Assembly: GCA_944376695.1 (NCBI GenBank)
Contig: CALWDM010000005.1
Span: forward strand, 5,293 to 69,292
Reading direction: 5' to 3'
DNA from: an uncultured Mediterraneibacter sp.
Lineage (GTDB): Bacteria; Bacillota; Clostridia; Lachnospirales; Lachnospiraceae
DNA: 64,000 nt
Positions 46,971 through 57,753 of this stretch are shown piece by piece (position 1 is the first letter of the stretch; the number at the start of each line of letters is the position of its first letter). Both the position numbers and the translations under genes were made by a program. The notes beneath the pieces were generated by a model. That model was given only the letters and a program-made list of their open reading frames with translations, searched no databases and had not been told where the DNA came from.

Positions 46971-48704
46971 GTGATGAAGATTTTGATGATTAACAGTGTT
47001 TGTGGCATACGAAGCACCGGAAGGATATGTACTGATCTGGCAACAGCATTAGAAGCAGAGGGACATATAGTGAAAATAGCATATGGTAGGGAAAGCGTTC
47101 CAGCACAGTATAAGAAATATGCAGTGCGGATTGGATCAGATTTGGATGTTAATCTTCACGGAGTTAAGGCGAGGCTTGCAGATGCGGATGGGCTAGGAGG
47201 GAAAGCGGCCACAAAAAAATTTTTGAAATGGGTTAAGGAATATGATCCTGATGTTATTCATCTTCACAATCTTCATGGCTACTATATAAATGTTCCATTA
47301 CTCTTTGAGTATATTATAAATCACAATAAGAAAGTTATATGGACACTGCATGATATGTGGTCTTTTACAGGGCATAGCGGTACATGTGATATCCATAACT
47401 GTGAAAAGTGGAAGAATGGATGTGGAAATTGCCCAGCATATAAAGGATATCCATCCTCGATTAGAGATGCCTCATCGCGAAATTATTTATGGAAAAAAGA
47501 ATTATTCACAAAAGTAATGGATATGACTATTGTTACACCCTCGAAATGGTTAGCGGGCTTAGTGAAGCAGTCGTTTCTTAGAGAAAAAAAAATAATAGTA
47601 ATTCCCAATGGGATCGATATTAAACAATTTAGACCATTACAAAATGATTTTAAAGAATTTTATGGTATTAAAGATAAAATTCTTCTCATGGGTTGTGCCA
47701 CATGGTGGGGGGAGAGCAAAGGATTAAATGATTTTTACACTCTTGCAGAAAAACTGGATGATCGCTTTAAGATTGTTCTGGTTGGGTTAGAAAAAAAACA
47801 GATTGAAACTCTTCCCAATAAAATTCTAGGGATTGAAAGAACAAATAGTGTAAAGGAGTTGTCACAGATTTACAATGCGGCAGATGTGTTTATAAATTTG
47901 ACATATGCCGACAACTTTCCGACAGTAAATTTGGAGGCACTTGCGTGCGGTACGCCAGTACTTACATATAAAACTGGCGGGAGCGCAGAATGCTTAGATG
48001 GAAGTAATGGAAGATATTTTGAAAAAGGCAACTTAGATTCGATTGTACAATTTTTGATGGATGAGTATTATCCAGGGATGTTTAAGATAAAAAATACAGT
48101 AATATTTGAAAAGAATGTAACAACACGGACTTACCTTAATTATATGACTGATACCGCTATTAAATGCAATGATGATCGTACCGGGGGGGGGTATTTTGAA
48201 ACAAGGTATAGATACGATTTGATCGGGAAAAATCTTGTGCTTGGAGTTGCCGTTTCATGGGGAAAAAGAAAAGGGTTGGAGACATTCATTAAACTGGCAA
48301 CCGACTTATCCGATGATTATAAGATAATCATGGTAGGAGTAACAAAAGAAATAATGGCCATGTTGCCAGAAAGAATTATTGCTATCGAAAGGACGGATAG
48401 TCAAGAGGAATTACGTAAATTATATAGTGCTGCAGATGTTTTTTTAAATCCTACTTTACAGGATAATTATCCAACTGTAAATTTAGAGGCGGCAGCTTGC
48501 GGAACACCTGTGATTACGTATGATACAGGTGGAAGTCCTGAGAATTCCAATACGCCGTCATGTGTTGTTAAACAAGCGGATTATGAGACTATAAAACAAA
48601 TTATAAATAGCAAGACGTTTGAAGGTGCCTTGTGTATAAAAAATATAAAGCTTTTGGGAAAGGAGACAATGAGCACTTCCTATAAACAGGTTTATTGCTC
48701 ATAA
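46971..48704 (+). CDS. GT4 glycosyltransferase with a duplicated C-terminal domain fused via an in-frame G9 tract
   Basis: IHLHNLHG, WTLHDMW; two copies of ADVFxN.T..DN(F/Y)PTVNLEA.ACGTPV; G9 at 48183-48191. Confidence 0.88.
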   Translation: MMKILMINSVCGIRSTGRICTDLATALEAEGHIVKIAYGRESVPAQYKKYAVRIGSDLDVNLHGVKARLADADGLGGKAATKKFLKWVKEYDPDVIHLHNLHGYYINVPLLFEYIINHNKKVIWTLHDMWSFTGHSGTCDIHNCEKWKNGCGNCPAYKGYPSSIRDASSRNYLWKKELFTKVMDMTIVTPSKWLAGLVKQSFLREKKIIVIPNGIDIKQFRPLQNDFKEFYGIKDKILLMGCATWWGESKGLNDFYTLAEKLDDRFKIVLVGLEKKQIETLPNKILGIERTNSVKELSQIYNAADVFINLTYADNFPTVNLEALACGTPVLTYKTGGSAECLDGSNGRYFEKGNLDSIVQFLMDEYYPGMFKIKNTVIFEKNVTTRTYLNYMTDTAIKCNDDRTGGGYFETRYRYDLIGKNLVLGVAVSWGKRKGLETFIKLATDLSDDYKIIMVGVTKEIMAMLPERIIAIERTDSQEELRKLYSAADVFLNPTLQDNYPTVNLEAAACGTPVITYDTGGSPENSNTPSCVVKQADYETIKQIINSKTFEGALCIKNIKLLGKETMSTSYKQVYCS

Positions 48705-48719
48705 GTTATAAATAACTAA

Positions 48720-49865
48720 ATGACAATCGTACATATATGTTTAACAGGGGTATATACTGAAGGATGGACATATCAGGAAAATTTGTTATCAAAATATCAT
48801 AGTAAAATGGGACATGATGTTGTATTAATTGCATCAACACTCACTTATGACAACAGCGGGAGAAAATGCACTACAAGCAAAAGCGCATACAAAAATCAAG
48901 ACGGTGTATTTGTTATACGTTTGAAAGAGAAGAAAGATAATCCTGATAGAAAATTCCGGCGTTTTCCAAAACTGTATGACACATTGACCAATATTAATCC
49001 GGACATTCTGTTTGTCCATAGCTGTCAGTTTTTAGATGTAGATGCAATAATAAAATATAAAAGAAAATGTAAATATGTCAAAATATATGTAGACAATCAC
49101 GCGGATTTTTCAAATAGCGCAAATAGTTTCTTTTCCTACCATATACTGCATAAGATTATTTGGAAAAACAGGGCAAAACGGTTGGAGCCATACACTGAAA
49201 AATTCTATGGAGTTATGCCGGCAAGAATGGAATTTTTAAAAAAAATGTATAATTTAGCGGATAATAAAGTGGAGTTACTAGTTATGGGAGCGGATGATGA
49301 GAAAGTAGCCGCTGCGTTAAAGCCAGAATCCAGAAAGAGAATAAGAGAAATTTATGGTATTGATGAATCTGATTTTCTGATTGTGACAGGAGGAAAAATA
49401 GATAATGCTAAAAGGCAGACTTTACAATTGATGGAGGCAGTAAATCAATTTGGTAAAGCAAAATTACTTGTATTTGGCTCTGTTGCAGATGAATTAAAAG
49501 AGGATGTTAATAGGTTATGTTCTGATTCAGTTCAATATATTGGATGGGTAGATTCATCTAATACAGACCAGTATTTTGCCGCGGCTGATTTAGTTGCTTT
49601 CCCGGGCAGACATTCTGTTTTTTGGGAACAAGTAGCCGGATTGGGTATTCCTATGTTAGTTAAAGACTGGCCTGGTACACATCACATTGATGTTGGTGGA
49701 AATGTTAAATTTCTAAAGGAAGATTCTGTAAGTGAGATTCACAACATGTTGAATAACATAATAGAAGATAAAGAAATTTATAAAGCCATGAAAAAAGTGG
49801 CTGTAGAAAAAGGAATGGCTATGTTTTTGTATTCAAAAATTGCAGAACATTCGATTTTAGGGTAA
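48720..49865 (+). CDS. GT4 glycosyltransferase
   Basis: YQENLL, VDNHAD, VTGGKID, FPGRHSVFWEQ. Confidence 0.85.
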   Translation: MTIVHICLTGVYTEGWTYQENLLSKYHSKMGHDVVLIASTLTYDNSGRKCTTSKSAYKNQDGVFVIRLKEKKDNPDRKFRRFPKLYDTLTNINPDILFVHSCQFLDVDAIIKYKRKCKYVKIYVDNHADFSNSANSFFSYHILHKIIWKNRAKRLEPYTEKFYGVMPARMEFLKKMYNLADNKVELLVMGADDEKVAAALKPESRKRIREIYGIDESDFLIVTGGKIDNAKRQTLQLMEAVNQFGKAKLLVFGSVADELKEDVNRLCSDSVQYIGWVDSSNTDQYFAAADLVAFPGRHSVFWEQVAGLGIPMLVKDWPGTHHIDVGGNVKFLKEDSVSEIHNMLNNIIEDKEIYKAMKKVAVEKGMAMFLYSKIAEHSILG

Positions 49866-49916
49866 AAGTCATTTGTGGAATGTTATTTTATTTTCAGGTG
49901 TTGAGGAGATAGTATT

Positions 49917-51098
49917 ATGATACAGAAGAACAAATTAATAGAAATTTTGTTATATGGAGCATGTCTGTTCTCCTGCCTTTCACAGCTACCCTTTTTTATA
50001 TCCGGGGGTATGACACAGACAGTAAGTTTTCCATTATGGATTATTGCCTTTCTAATGCTTTTTTTGAACAGTGGATGGAAAATAGATAGAAGCATATTGA
50101 AATTGGCTATACCTTCTTGCTTTTTTGTTTTTTTTGTGCTCATAGCGTCCTTATTTAACAGCAATGCATCCCATATTTCATCTTCTCTTTTTTATTCTTT
50201 TCTGATCTCAATGTTTATATTTCTTGTTGGAAACATGGGGGGAAAATATGCATCAGATGAAGTGATTGAAAAAATATGTTTATCCTATATTATCGGTACT
50301 GTGATAGTTTCGGTAAGTGTGTTTATACAATATTTTGGATTTGGGTATGACATGAGTTCCAGCATTTATGCATACCAGTCAAAAAACTCTTTTGCGCAGA
50401 TTGTATTTACAGCAATCATTTTACTGATGATTAAATTTAAACCGCAGCGTAAAATCCATACCATTATTAAATGGGGTCTAATCGCTTTTGAAATTCTTTT
50501 GATGGCTTATCTGCGGTCACGGGCTACGTTGGTCAGCTTTTTAGTGGCTGTGGTTATTTTAGTCTTATCAAGAAATACGCGAAAAAGCCTAAAGGCGTTA
50601 GTTACAATTGCTTGTATAGCTTTAATATTCTTGATGCTTACCAATGAACCAATAAATGAAGTAATCTTTAATGATATTTTGTTTGCGGGTAGAGACTCTT
50701 CCAACCTAGACGAATTAACATCGGGACGTGTAACAATTTTGCAGAACTTTCCGGAATTAATAAGTGGAAACTGGCTTTTTGGTATAGGATCAAGATATTT
50801 TGAATGCTTCTATTTATCTGCTATTTTGCAATTTGGACTTATAGGTGGAATAATTTTGATTATTATCTCATTCGTACCTGCATACTATGGCGTTCTTTTA
50901 TCGCGTACATCAGAAAACTGGTACATACTCATGGTTATTGCTGTTGGATATCTTGTAGATGGTATATTTGAAGGTCTTACTCCCTTTGGCGCCGGGATAA
51001 AATGCTATTTCATGTGGTTTTTATTTGGACTATTAATTTCCAGAAGCAACCATAGAAACACCAAAAATAAAAGTAGATCCGTGAAAAGAGAGTCGTAA
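49917..51098 (+). CDS. wzy: Polysaccharide polymerase Wzy (O-antigen ligase-like)
   Basis: About 10 TM, SRAT and SGR motifs, position before the flippase. Confidence 0.7.
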   Translation: MIQKNKLIEILLYGACLFSCLSQLPFFISGGMTQTVSFPLWIIAFLMLFLNSGWKIDRSILKLAIPSCFFVFFVLIASLFNSNASHISSSLFYSFLISMFIFLVGNMGGKYASDEVIEKICLSYIIGTVIVSVSVFIQYFGFGYDMSSSIYAYQSKNSFAQIVFTAIILLMIKFKPQRKIHTIIKWGLIAFEILLMAYLRSRATLVSFLVAVVILVLSRNTRKSLKALVTIACIALIFLMLTNEPINEVIFNDILFAGRDSSNLDELTSGRVTILQNFPELISGNWLFGIGSRYFECFYLSAILQFGLIGGIILIIISFVPAYYGVLLSRTSENWYILMVIAVGYLVDGIFEGLTPFGAGIKCYFMWFLFGLLISRSNHRNTKNKSRSVKRES

Positions 51099-51102
51099 AA
51101 AT

Positions 51103-52554
51103 ATGAAAAGTAAGTCTGGGATAAGAAAAAATTTAGGATATCAAACAATCTATCAAGTTTTAAATACATGCCTTCCATTAATTACTGCGCCTTATTTGGC
51201 GAGAGTTCTTGGCGCTACTCAACAAGGAATATATTCATACACGGCTTCTATCGTAGCATATTTTGTATTATTTGCAAAATTAGGAACTGCTAATTATGGG
51301 ACAAGAAGTATAGCAGATAAACGAGATGATGTAGAAGAAAGAAGTAAAGTGTTTTGGGAGATTTTTTTCTTGGAACTACTTTTATCTGTTTTTACAATGC
51401 TTTTATATTTTTTCTATGTAATTGCAATTTGCCGCGATAATAAATTAATAGCTCTAATTCAATGTTTTGAATTAGTTGCATGTATGGTTAATATTAACTG
51501 GCTTTTTTTTGGTTTGGAGAAATTTAAGATAACGGCAACAAGAAGCATTATTATTAGGATCCTTACAGTAATAATGATCCTTCTATTTGTGAAAGATTCC
51601 AATGATCTTTGGATATATGCATTAATCATGACGTTGAGTAATGTATTAAATATGTGTGTACTTTGGTATTATGTGCCAAAGTATATTTTAAAGATGAAGA
51701 TCGATATATTTGGTATTTGGCGGCATTTTAAACCTAATCTTATGCTTTTTATTCCATTATTAGCTATGTCTGTATATCATATAATGGATAAAACTATGCT
51801 TGGATTGTTGAGTAATTATACGGAAAGTGGCTATTATTATAATGCGGATAAGATTGTGAACATACCAGTCGGCTTAATAGATGGAATTAGTACAGTGATG
51901 CTCCCAAGAATGTCGTATCTTATAGGTGCAAATCAGACGAAAGAAGCGGATTCTTTATTCAAAAACTCTTTAGAATTAACAGTATTAGCTGGTACAGCTA
52001 TGTCATTTGGTATAGCGGCGATTGCAAATGAATTCGAACCTATTTTTTTTGGTCCAGGGTTTGATGCCTGCATAATACTTACGATAGTATTGGCACCAGT
52101 TCTTATCATAAAATCATTTTCTTTTACTATAAGATATCAATATCTTATACCTCGGCATGAGGAAAAAGATTACACTATCTCAGTTGTAGCAGGTGCAATA
52201 ACTAATTTTTTGGCTAATATGGCATTAATTCCCAATTTAGGGGCACTTGGTGCCGTTTTGGGTACATTAATGGCAGAGTTTGTAGCATGCGTTTTACAAT
52301 TTATTTCTTTGAACAAGTATATAAAGATGAGACATACATTAATGAATTGTTTGGTTTATGTCTTTTTTGGCGTTGCTATGTTTGGAGTAGTTAGACTTGT
52401 TGCTACTATTTCAATGCCAATAGTATTAAAACTATTTATAGAAATAATACTAGGAGCGATTAGTTTTATCATTTTATGTTTTATATATTGGAAAAGTACA
52501 AATAGTAAAATGAAAGATATTATTGTCAATGCTAGTAGAAGAAAATTGGATTAA
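51103..52554 (+). CDS. wzx: Flippase Wzx
   Basis: PLITAPYLARVLG, DKTMLG, VMLPRMS; MOP-family TM pattern. Confidence 0.9.
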   Translation: MKSKSGIRKNLGYQTIYQVLNTCLPLITAPYLARVLGATQQGIYSYTASIVAYFVLFAKLGTANYGTRSIADKRDDVEERSKVFWEIFFLELLLSVFTMLLYFFYVIAICRDNKLIALIQCFELVACMVNINWLFFGLEKFKITATRSIIIRILTVIMILLFVKDSNDLWIYALIMTLSNVLNMCVLWYYVPKYILKMKIDIFGIWRHFKPNLMLFIPLLAMSVYHIMDKTMLGLLSNYTESGYYYNADKIVNIPVGLIDGISTVMLPRMSYLIGANQTKEADSLFKNSLELTVLAGTAMSFGIAAIANEFEPIFFGPGFDACIILTIVLAPVLIIKSFSFTIRYQYLIPRHEEKDYTISVVAGAITNFLANMALIPNLGALGAVLGTLMAEFVACVLQFISLNKYIKMRHTLMNCLVYVFFGVAMFGVVRLVATISMPIVLKLFIEIILGAISFIILCFIYWKSTNSKMKDIIVNASRRKLD

Positions 52555-52582
52555 TAACTATAGGCAGGAAAGGGCATTTGCT

Positions 52583-53479
52583 ATGAGATTAAAATTATAT
52601 ATAGCAGAGATTTTTAGGAGAACATTAACAAGAATATCCCCCAAGTTAAATACAAAAGTTACATACTTTTTTAAATTTAAGAAAAAGTTAGATTTAAATA
52701 ATCCGAAAACACTGAACGATAAAATTCTATGGCTAAAATTTAATACATACTGGAATAACCCGTTAGTTAAACAATGTGCTGATAAATATAAGGTAAGAGA
52801 TTATATAAAAGACAAGAATTGTTCGGAAATACTTAATGAACTTATAGGTGTATATGACAGAGTTGAAGAAATACAATGGGATTCTTTACCTAAATCATTT
52901 GCTTTAAAATTAAACGTAGGATGTGGGAAAAATATTATTGTCTCTAATAAGGAGGAACTGAATGTAGCGGAAACAAAGGAAATCTTAAAAAAATGGCTTA
53001 AAGAAAAAGGCCATTATCTCGGATATTCTGAGATGCAGTATAAAGGGGTGAAACCATATGTTTTGATCGAAAAATATTTAGGTAGCGAAGATGGAGAATT
53101 ACCAACAGATTATAAGTTTTATTGCCTTAATGGAAAAGCAAAGTATGTCATGGTTTGTGTTGACAGAGTGAAAGGGAAACACGCGAAATTCTTTTATTTT
53201 GATGAGAATTGGACGATGATGCCTTTTACAGAAGATGCATTGCGCGATCCGAACAGAATTATACCTAAACCGGATGGCATAGATGAAGCATTTAAATATG
53301 CTGGTATATTGTCTTCGGAATTTCCTTTTGTGAGGGCGGATTTTTATATTATTCATGGGAAAGTATATTTTGGTGAACTTACATTTACACCATCTGCGGG
53401 AATGGATAATGGAAGACTGCCTGCTACAGATTTACTTTTAGGAGAAATGCTATTATTACCTAAGGAGGGGAATGAGTAA
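52583..53479 (+). CDS. TupA-like ATP-grasp protein
   Basis: NPKTLNDKI, ADKYKVRDYI, IEKYL, DYKFYC, FPFVRADFY, FGELTFTPSAG. Confidence 0.88.
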   Translation: MRLKLYIAEIFRRTLTRISPKLNTKVTYFFKFKKKLDLNNPKTLNDKILWLKFNTYWNNPLVKQCADKYKVRDYIKDKNCSEILNELIGVYDRVEEIQWDSLPKSFALKLNVGCGKNIIVSNKEELNVAETKEILKKWLKEKGHYLGYSEMQYKGVKPYVLIEKYLGSEDGELPTDYKFYCLNGKAKYVMVCVDRVKGKHAKFFYFDENWTMMPFTEDALRDPNRIIPKPDGIDEAFKYAGILSSEFPFVRADFYIIHGKVYFGELTFTPSAGMDNGRLPATDLLLGEMLLLPKEGNE

Positions 53480-54441
53480 TGGCAAAAAGAACTATGGGAT
53501 TTCCTATCAGCCATAAGGAAAATGAATATCGAAGAGCTATTGTCCCAGAACACATTAAATATATAGAACATCCGAGCATGCTTTTTTTTGAAAAAGGATA
53601 TGGGGAAGTTATGGGTATAGACGATAAAGAATATGAGAATTTAGGTTGTCATATTTGCAGCCATCATGAAGTATTGCAACAGGATATAATATGTGATCCT
53701 AAGGTTGGAGATGCGGATTATCTAGATACATTAAAGACTGGTCAGATAATATTCGGATGGGTTCATGCAACGCAAAACAAAGAGATCACTGATAAGCTTA
53801 TTGCAAAAGATTTAACTGCATATGCATGGGAAAAAATGTACGAAAGCGGCAGACATATCTTTTGGAGAAACAATGAACTTGCGGGCGAGGCAGCAGTAAT
53901 GCATGCTTTTCAGTGTTATGGCCGGATGCCTTATGAAGCAAAAGTGGCGGTAATCGGAAGAGGAAACACTGCACGTGGTGCAATAAAGATTCTCAATATG
54001 CTTGGTGCGAACGTGATGCAATATGATCGGCGGACAGAAGGATTGCTTCGCAAAGAGATTGGGGAATATGATGTCATCATTAACTGCATTCTTTGGGATG
54101 TGATGAGAAATGATCATATTATTTTTAAAGAAGATCTTAAACGGATGAAAAAGAATTCTATGATTATTGATGTTAGCTGTGACAAAAATGGAGGAATTGA
54201 AACAAGTATTCCTACTACCATAGAAGAGCCAACTTATGAGGTGGAAGGAGTCCTACATTATGTTGTCGATCATACGCCATCTTTGTTTTATAAAACATTT
54301 ACCTGGGATAATTCACAAGTGATATATCCATATATCAACCAATTAGTGGCAGAAGATATTGGCACTGTACTTAAGGATAGTTTAATTATAGATAATGGGC
54401 GAATAGTGGATAAAGAAATTATAGAATTTCAAAAACGGTAG
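53479..54441 (+). CDS. N5-(carboxyethyl)ornithine synthase-like opine dehydrogenase
   Basis: GFPISHKENEYRRA, FGWVH, NNELAGEAAV, GRGNTARGA, YVVDHTPS. Confidence 0.85.
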   Translation: MAKRTMGFPISHKENEYRRAIVPEHIKYIEHPSMLFFEKGYGEVMGIDDKEYENLGCHICSHHEVLQQDIICDPKVGDADYLDTLKTGQIIFGWVHATQNKEITDKLIAKDLTAYAWEKMYESGRHIFWRNNELAGEAAVMHAFQCYGRMPYEAKVAVIGRGNTARGAIKILNMLGANVMQYDRRTEGLLRKEIGEYDVIINCILWDVMRNDHIIFKEDLKRMKKNSMIIDVSCDKNGGIETSIPTTIEEPTYEVEGVLHYVVDHTPSLFYKTFTWDNSQVIYPYINQLVAEDIGTVLKDSLIIDNGRIVDKEIIEFQKR

Positions 54442-54454
54442 GAGATTATCGAGT

Positions 54455-55247
54455 ATGGATGGTGCAAAATTAGGATGTCGAATTTATGAGTTTCGACAGA
54501 TATTTGGATTACGAACACATATTTATAATTTTAGAAATGTGATAAAAGGTGAACCCATATATAAAGGAAAAGAGCGAAAATCAACATTTATACGAGTTGT
54601 GGACAATTTGCTTTGGTTTATTAAAAATCGGGAAGTAAATCGATTTTATAATACTTATGGATTGGATATTAAAAATTTCCGTAAAACAAAAGATTTTATG
54701 CCATATCGAAAGTTTTCAATTGAAAGAAATGATTTTAACTTAAAAAATTGGGGGGGGGGAGGGTATTACAACGGTTACAATAGAATTTGTGGTACCTGTA
54801 TTGGCCAGTACTAAAGGGAATGCAGCATATGTATATCCAAACATTCAAATGTCTATTTTGGAATTATTGAATAAAAAACTATTATGAAAAAGGTGAGTGG
54901 GAGAATCAGTAAATGATAATAGAGCAACAGGAGGATATGCGGTAAATATTTCAAATCAAGGGAAGCTTGATTCATTAGCTCTAGGACACAATAATTCGAT
55001 AAAAGAGCATCCAAATACAGGTGTGATTTTTGAGGGATATCAGTTGCCATTCTGGGAAGAGACAAAGAAATTAGTCACAAAAGCACATGAACAATTAAAA
55101 GATATAAAAAGTATTGGGTGGGATATTGCCATTACTCCAAGTGGTCCTGTGTTATTAGAAGGTAATGATAATTGGGAAATATGTGGACCACAAAATATGG
55201 AAGGCGGCTTAAAAGCCCGGTCGAAAGAATTTCATAGCAAAGAATAA
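54455..55247 (+). pseudogene. Fragmented sugar-transfer-associated ATP-grasp gene
   Basis: C-terminal fragment has DN..TGG, HPNTG, IGWDIAIT.SGPVLLEGN; N-terminal fragment ends after a G10 tract; the middle appears to be missing. Confidence 0.6.
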
Positions 55248-55279
55248 AACATAAGAAGAAAATATAGGAGACGAATAAA

Positions 55280-56512
55280 ATGAAAATCACAGTAGCAGGT
55301 ACAGGCTATGTCGGGTTATCGATTGCCACCTTGCTGGCACAGCATAATCAGGTGACAGCGGTAGACATTATTCCGGAGAAAGTAAAACTGATCAATAACA
55401 GGAAGTCCCCGATTCAGGACGAGTATATTGAAGATTATCTTGCGCATAAGGATCTAGATCTGACCGCCACACTGGATGCAGAAACTGCATACACAGATGC
55501 GGATTTTGTTGTGATCGCTACACCGACCAATTATGACAGCAAGAAGAATTTCTTTGATACTTCTGCAGTGGAAGCTGTGATCAAACTGGTGCTCCAGTAC
55601 AATCCGGATGTAATTATAGTTATCAAGTCAACAATTCCAGTGGGATTTACTGCTCGTATGAGAGAGAAGTACCATTACGACAACATCATTTTCAGCCCGG
55701 AGTTCCTGCGCGAATCAAAGGCGCTCTATGACAATCTGTACCCCAGCCGCATTATCGTCGGTACGGATGTGGAGAACGCCCGCCTGGTAAAAGCGGCCAA
55801 TACATTTGCGAAGCTGCTTCAGGAAGGGGCTATAAAGGAGAACATTGATACCCTGATCATGGGCTTTACCGAGGCGGAGGCTGTGAAACTCTTTGCCAAT
55901 ACCTATCTGGCGCTTCGTGTTTCCTACTTTAATGAACTGGATACCTATGCAGAAGTAAAAGGGCTGAATACACAGCAGATCATCGAAGGTGTCTGCCTGG
56001 ATCCGCGGATCGGATCACATTATAATAACCCGTCCTTTGGTTACGGCGGTTACTGCCTGCCGAAAGATACGAAGCAGCTCCTTGCCAATTATCAGGATGT
56101 GCCGCAGAATATGATGACGGCCATTGTCGAGTCCAACCGGACGAGGAAGGACTTTATCGCGGACCGTGTACTGGAGCTGGCGGGCGGCTATGACGCTAAC
56201 AGCGAGTATGATGCATCGAAAGAGAAAGAGGTCATAATCGGTGTTTACCGGTTGACCATGAAGAGCAATTCTGATAACTTCCGGCAGAGCAGCATCCAGG
56301 GAGTCATGAAGCGGATCAGAGCCAAGGGGGCTATCCTAATCGTGTATGAACCGACGCTGGAAGACGGAAGCACCTTCTTCGGAAGCAAGGTTGTTAATGA
56401 CTTGGACAAGTTCAAAGAGATGAGCCAGGCAATCATAGCAAACAGATATGATTCCTGTCTGGATGATGTGCAGGAGAAAGTGTATACGAGGGATCTGTTT
56501 CGGAGGGATTAG
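55280..56512 (+). CDS. ugd: UDP-glucose 6-dehydrogenase
   Basis: [42 protein letters not shown]. Confidence 0.95.
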   Translation: MKITVAGTGYVGLSIATLLAQHNQVTAVDIIPEKVKLINNRKSPIQDEYIEDYLAHKDLDLTATLDAETAYTDADFVVIATPTNYDSKKNFFDTSAVEAVIKLVLQYNPDVIIVIKSTIPVGFTARMREKYHYDNIIFSPEFLRESKALYDNLYPSRIIVGTDVENARLVKAANTFAKLLQEGAIKENIDTLIMGFTEAEAVKLFANTYLALRVSYFNELDTYAEVKGLNTQQIIEGVCLDPRIGSHYNNPSFGYGGYCLPKDTKQLLANYQDVPQNMMTAIVESNRTRKDFIADRVLELAGGYDANSEYDASKEKEVIIGVYRLTMKSNSDNFRQSSIQGVMKRIRAKGAILIVYEPTLEDGSTFFGSKVVNDLDKFKEMSQAIIANRYDSCLDDVQEKVYTRDLFRRD

Positions 56513-56618
56513 AAAGGCGTCATATAATAGAGACAGAATAAAAAAGCAACGATCCCGAACTATGTTTTATTGCAGGAATTGGTAAAATCACTATATTGTT
56601 TTAAAGGAGCTTCTGATT

Positions 56619-57668
56619 ATGAGCACTATTTTTGCTGACAAGACACTTTTGATCACCGGCGGCACCGGTTCTTTCGGCAACGCCGTCCTGAACCGCTTTC
56701 TGGATACGGACATCGGGGAAATCCGCATTTTCTCTCGTGATGAGAAGAAGCAGGATGATATGCGCCACGAGTACCAGGCGATGTACCCGGAGGTAAGTAA
56801 CAAGATCAAGTTTTACATAGGAGATGTCCGGGACATTCAATCTGTGAAGAACGCCATGCACGGCGTGGATTACATTTTCCATGCAGCGGCGCTGAAGCAG
56901 GTCCCGTCCTGTGAGTTCTTTCCGATTGAGGCGGTTAAGACGAACGTACTTGGCACGGAGAATGTATTGACCGCGGCGATCGAGACGGGCGTGCAGAAGG
57001 TAATCTGCTTGTCTACGGACAAGGCCGCTTATCCGGTGAATGCGATGGGCACATCCAAGGCGATGATGGAGAAGGTGATTGTGGCCAAGTCCAGGACTGT
57101 CTCTCCGGAAAAGACAAGCATCTGCTGTACACGTTACGGCAATGTGATGTGTTCTAGAGGATCGGTGATCCCGCTCTGGATTGAGCAGATCAAGAACGGC
57201 CATTCGATCACGGTCACAGAGCCGACCATGACAAGATTCATTATGAGTCTGGAAGAGGCGGTGGAGCTTGTTGTATTCGCGTTCCAGAATGCCGAGAGCG
57301 GTGATATCATGGTGCAGAAAGCGCCGGCATGTACGATCGAGGTACAAGCGCAGGCTGTGAAGGAACTCTTCCATTCGGATGATGAGATCAAGATCATCGG
57401 CATCCGTCACGGGGAGAAGATGTACGAGACGCTGCTGACTAATGAGGAGTGTGCCAATGCGATAGACATGGGAAATTTCTACCGGGTTCCGTGTGACAAG
57501 AGAGACCTGAACTATGACAAGTATTTTAAAGACGGCGATGTGGAACGCAATCCGTTGACTGAGTTTAACTCCAATAATACAGAGCTCCTGAATGTAGAGC
57601 AGGTGAAAGCGAAGATGCTGGAACTGCAGTATATCAGGGATGAACTGGCCGAGTGGGAGAGCAGATAA
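56619..57668 (+). CDS. fnlA: UDP-GlcNAc 4,6-dehydratase/5-epimerase (FnlA/CapE)
   Basis: ITGGTGSFG, FSRDEKKQ, AAALKQVPSCEF, TRYGNVM.SRGSV, YDKYF. Confidence 0.92.
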   Translation: MSTIFADKTLLITGGTGSFGNAVLNRFLDTDIGEIRIFSRDEKKQDDMRHEYQAMYPEVSNKIKFYIGDVRDIQSVKNAMHGVDYIFHAAALKQVPSCEFFPIEAVKTNVLGTENVLTAAIETGVQKVICLSTDKAAYPVNAMGTSKAMMEKVIVAKSRTVSPEKTSICCTRYGNVMCSRGSVIPLWIEQIKNGHSITVTEPTMTRFIMSLEEAVELVVFAFQNAESGDIMVQKAPACTIEVQAQAVKELFHSDDEIKIIGIRHGEKMYETLLTNEECANAIDMGNFYRVPCDKRDLNYDKYFKDGDVERNPLTEFNSNNTELLNVEQVKAKMLELQYIRDELAEWESR

Positions 57669-57680
57669 TTAAAAATGATG

Positions 57681-57709
57681 TTGAAAGGGTTCTTTCCGGA
57701 TGGTATAAT
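57681..57709 (+). promoter_or_regulatory. Internal sigma70 promoter of the inserted cassette
   Basis: TTGAAA-N17-TATAAT with extended -10 TG, immediately after the fnlA stop. Confidence 0.7.
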
Positions 57710-57753
57710 ATTTAACATTATTTAATAAGTATTGGAGAGGAAGGAGTGGCAGC

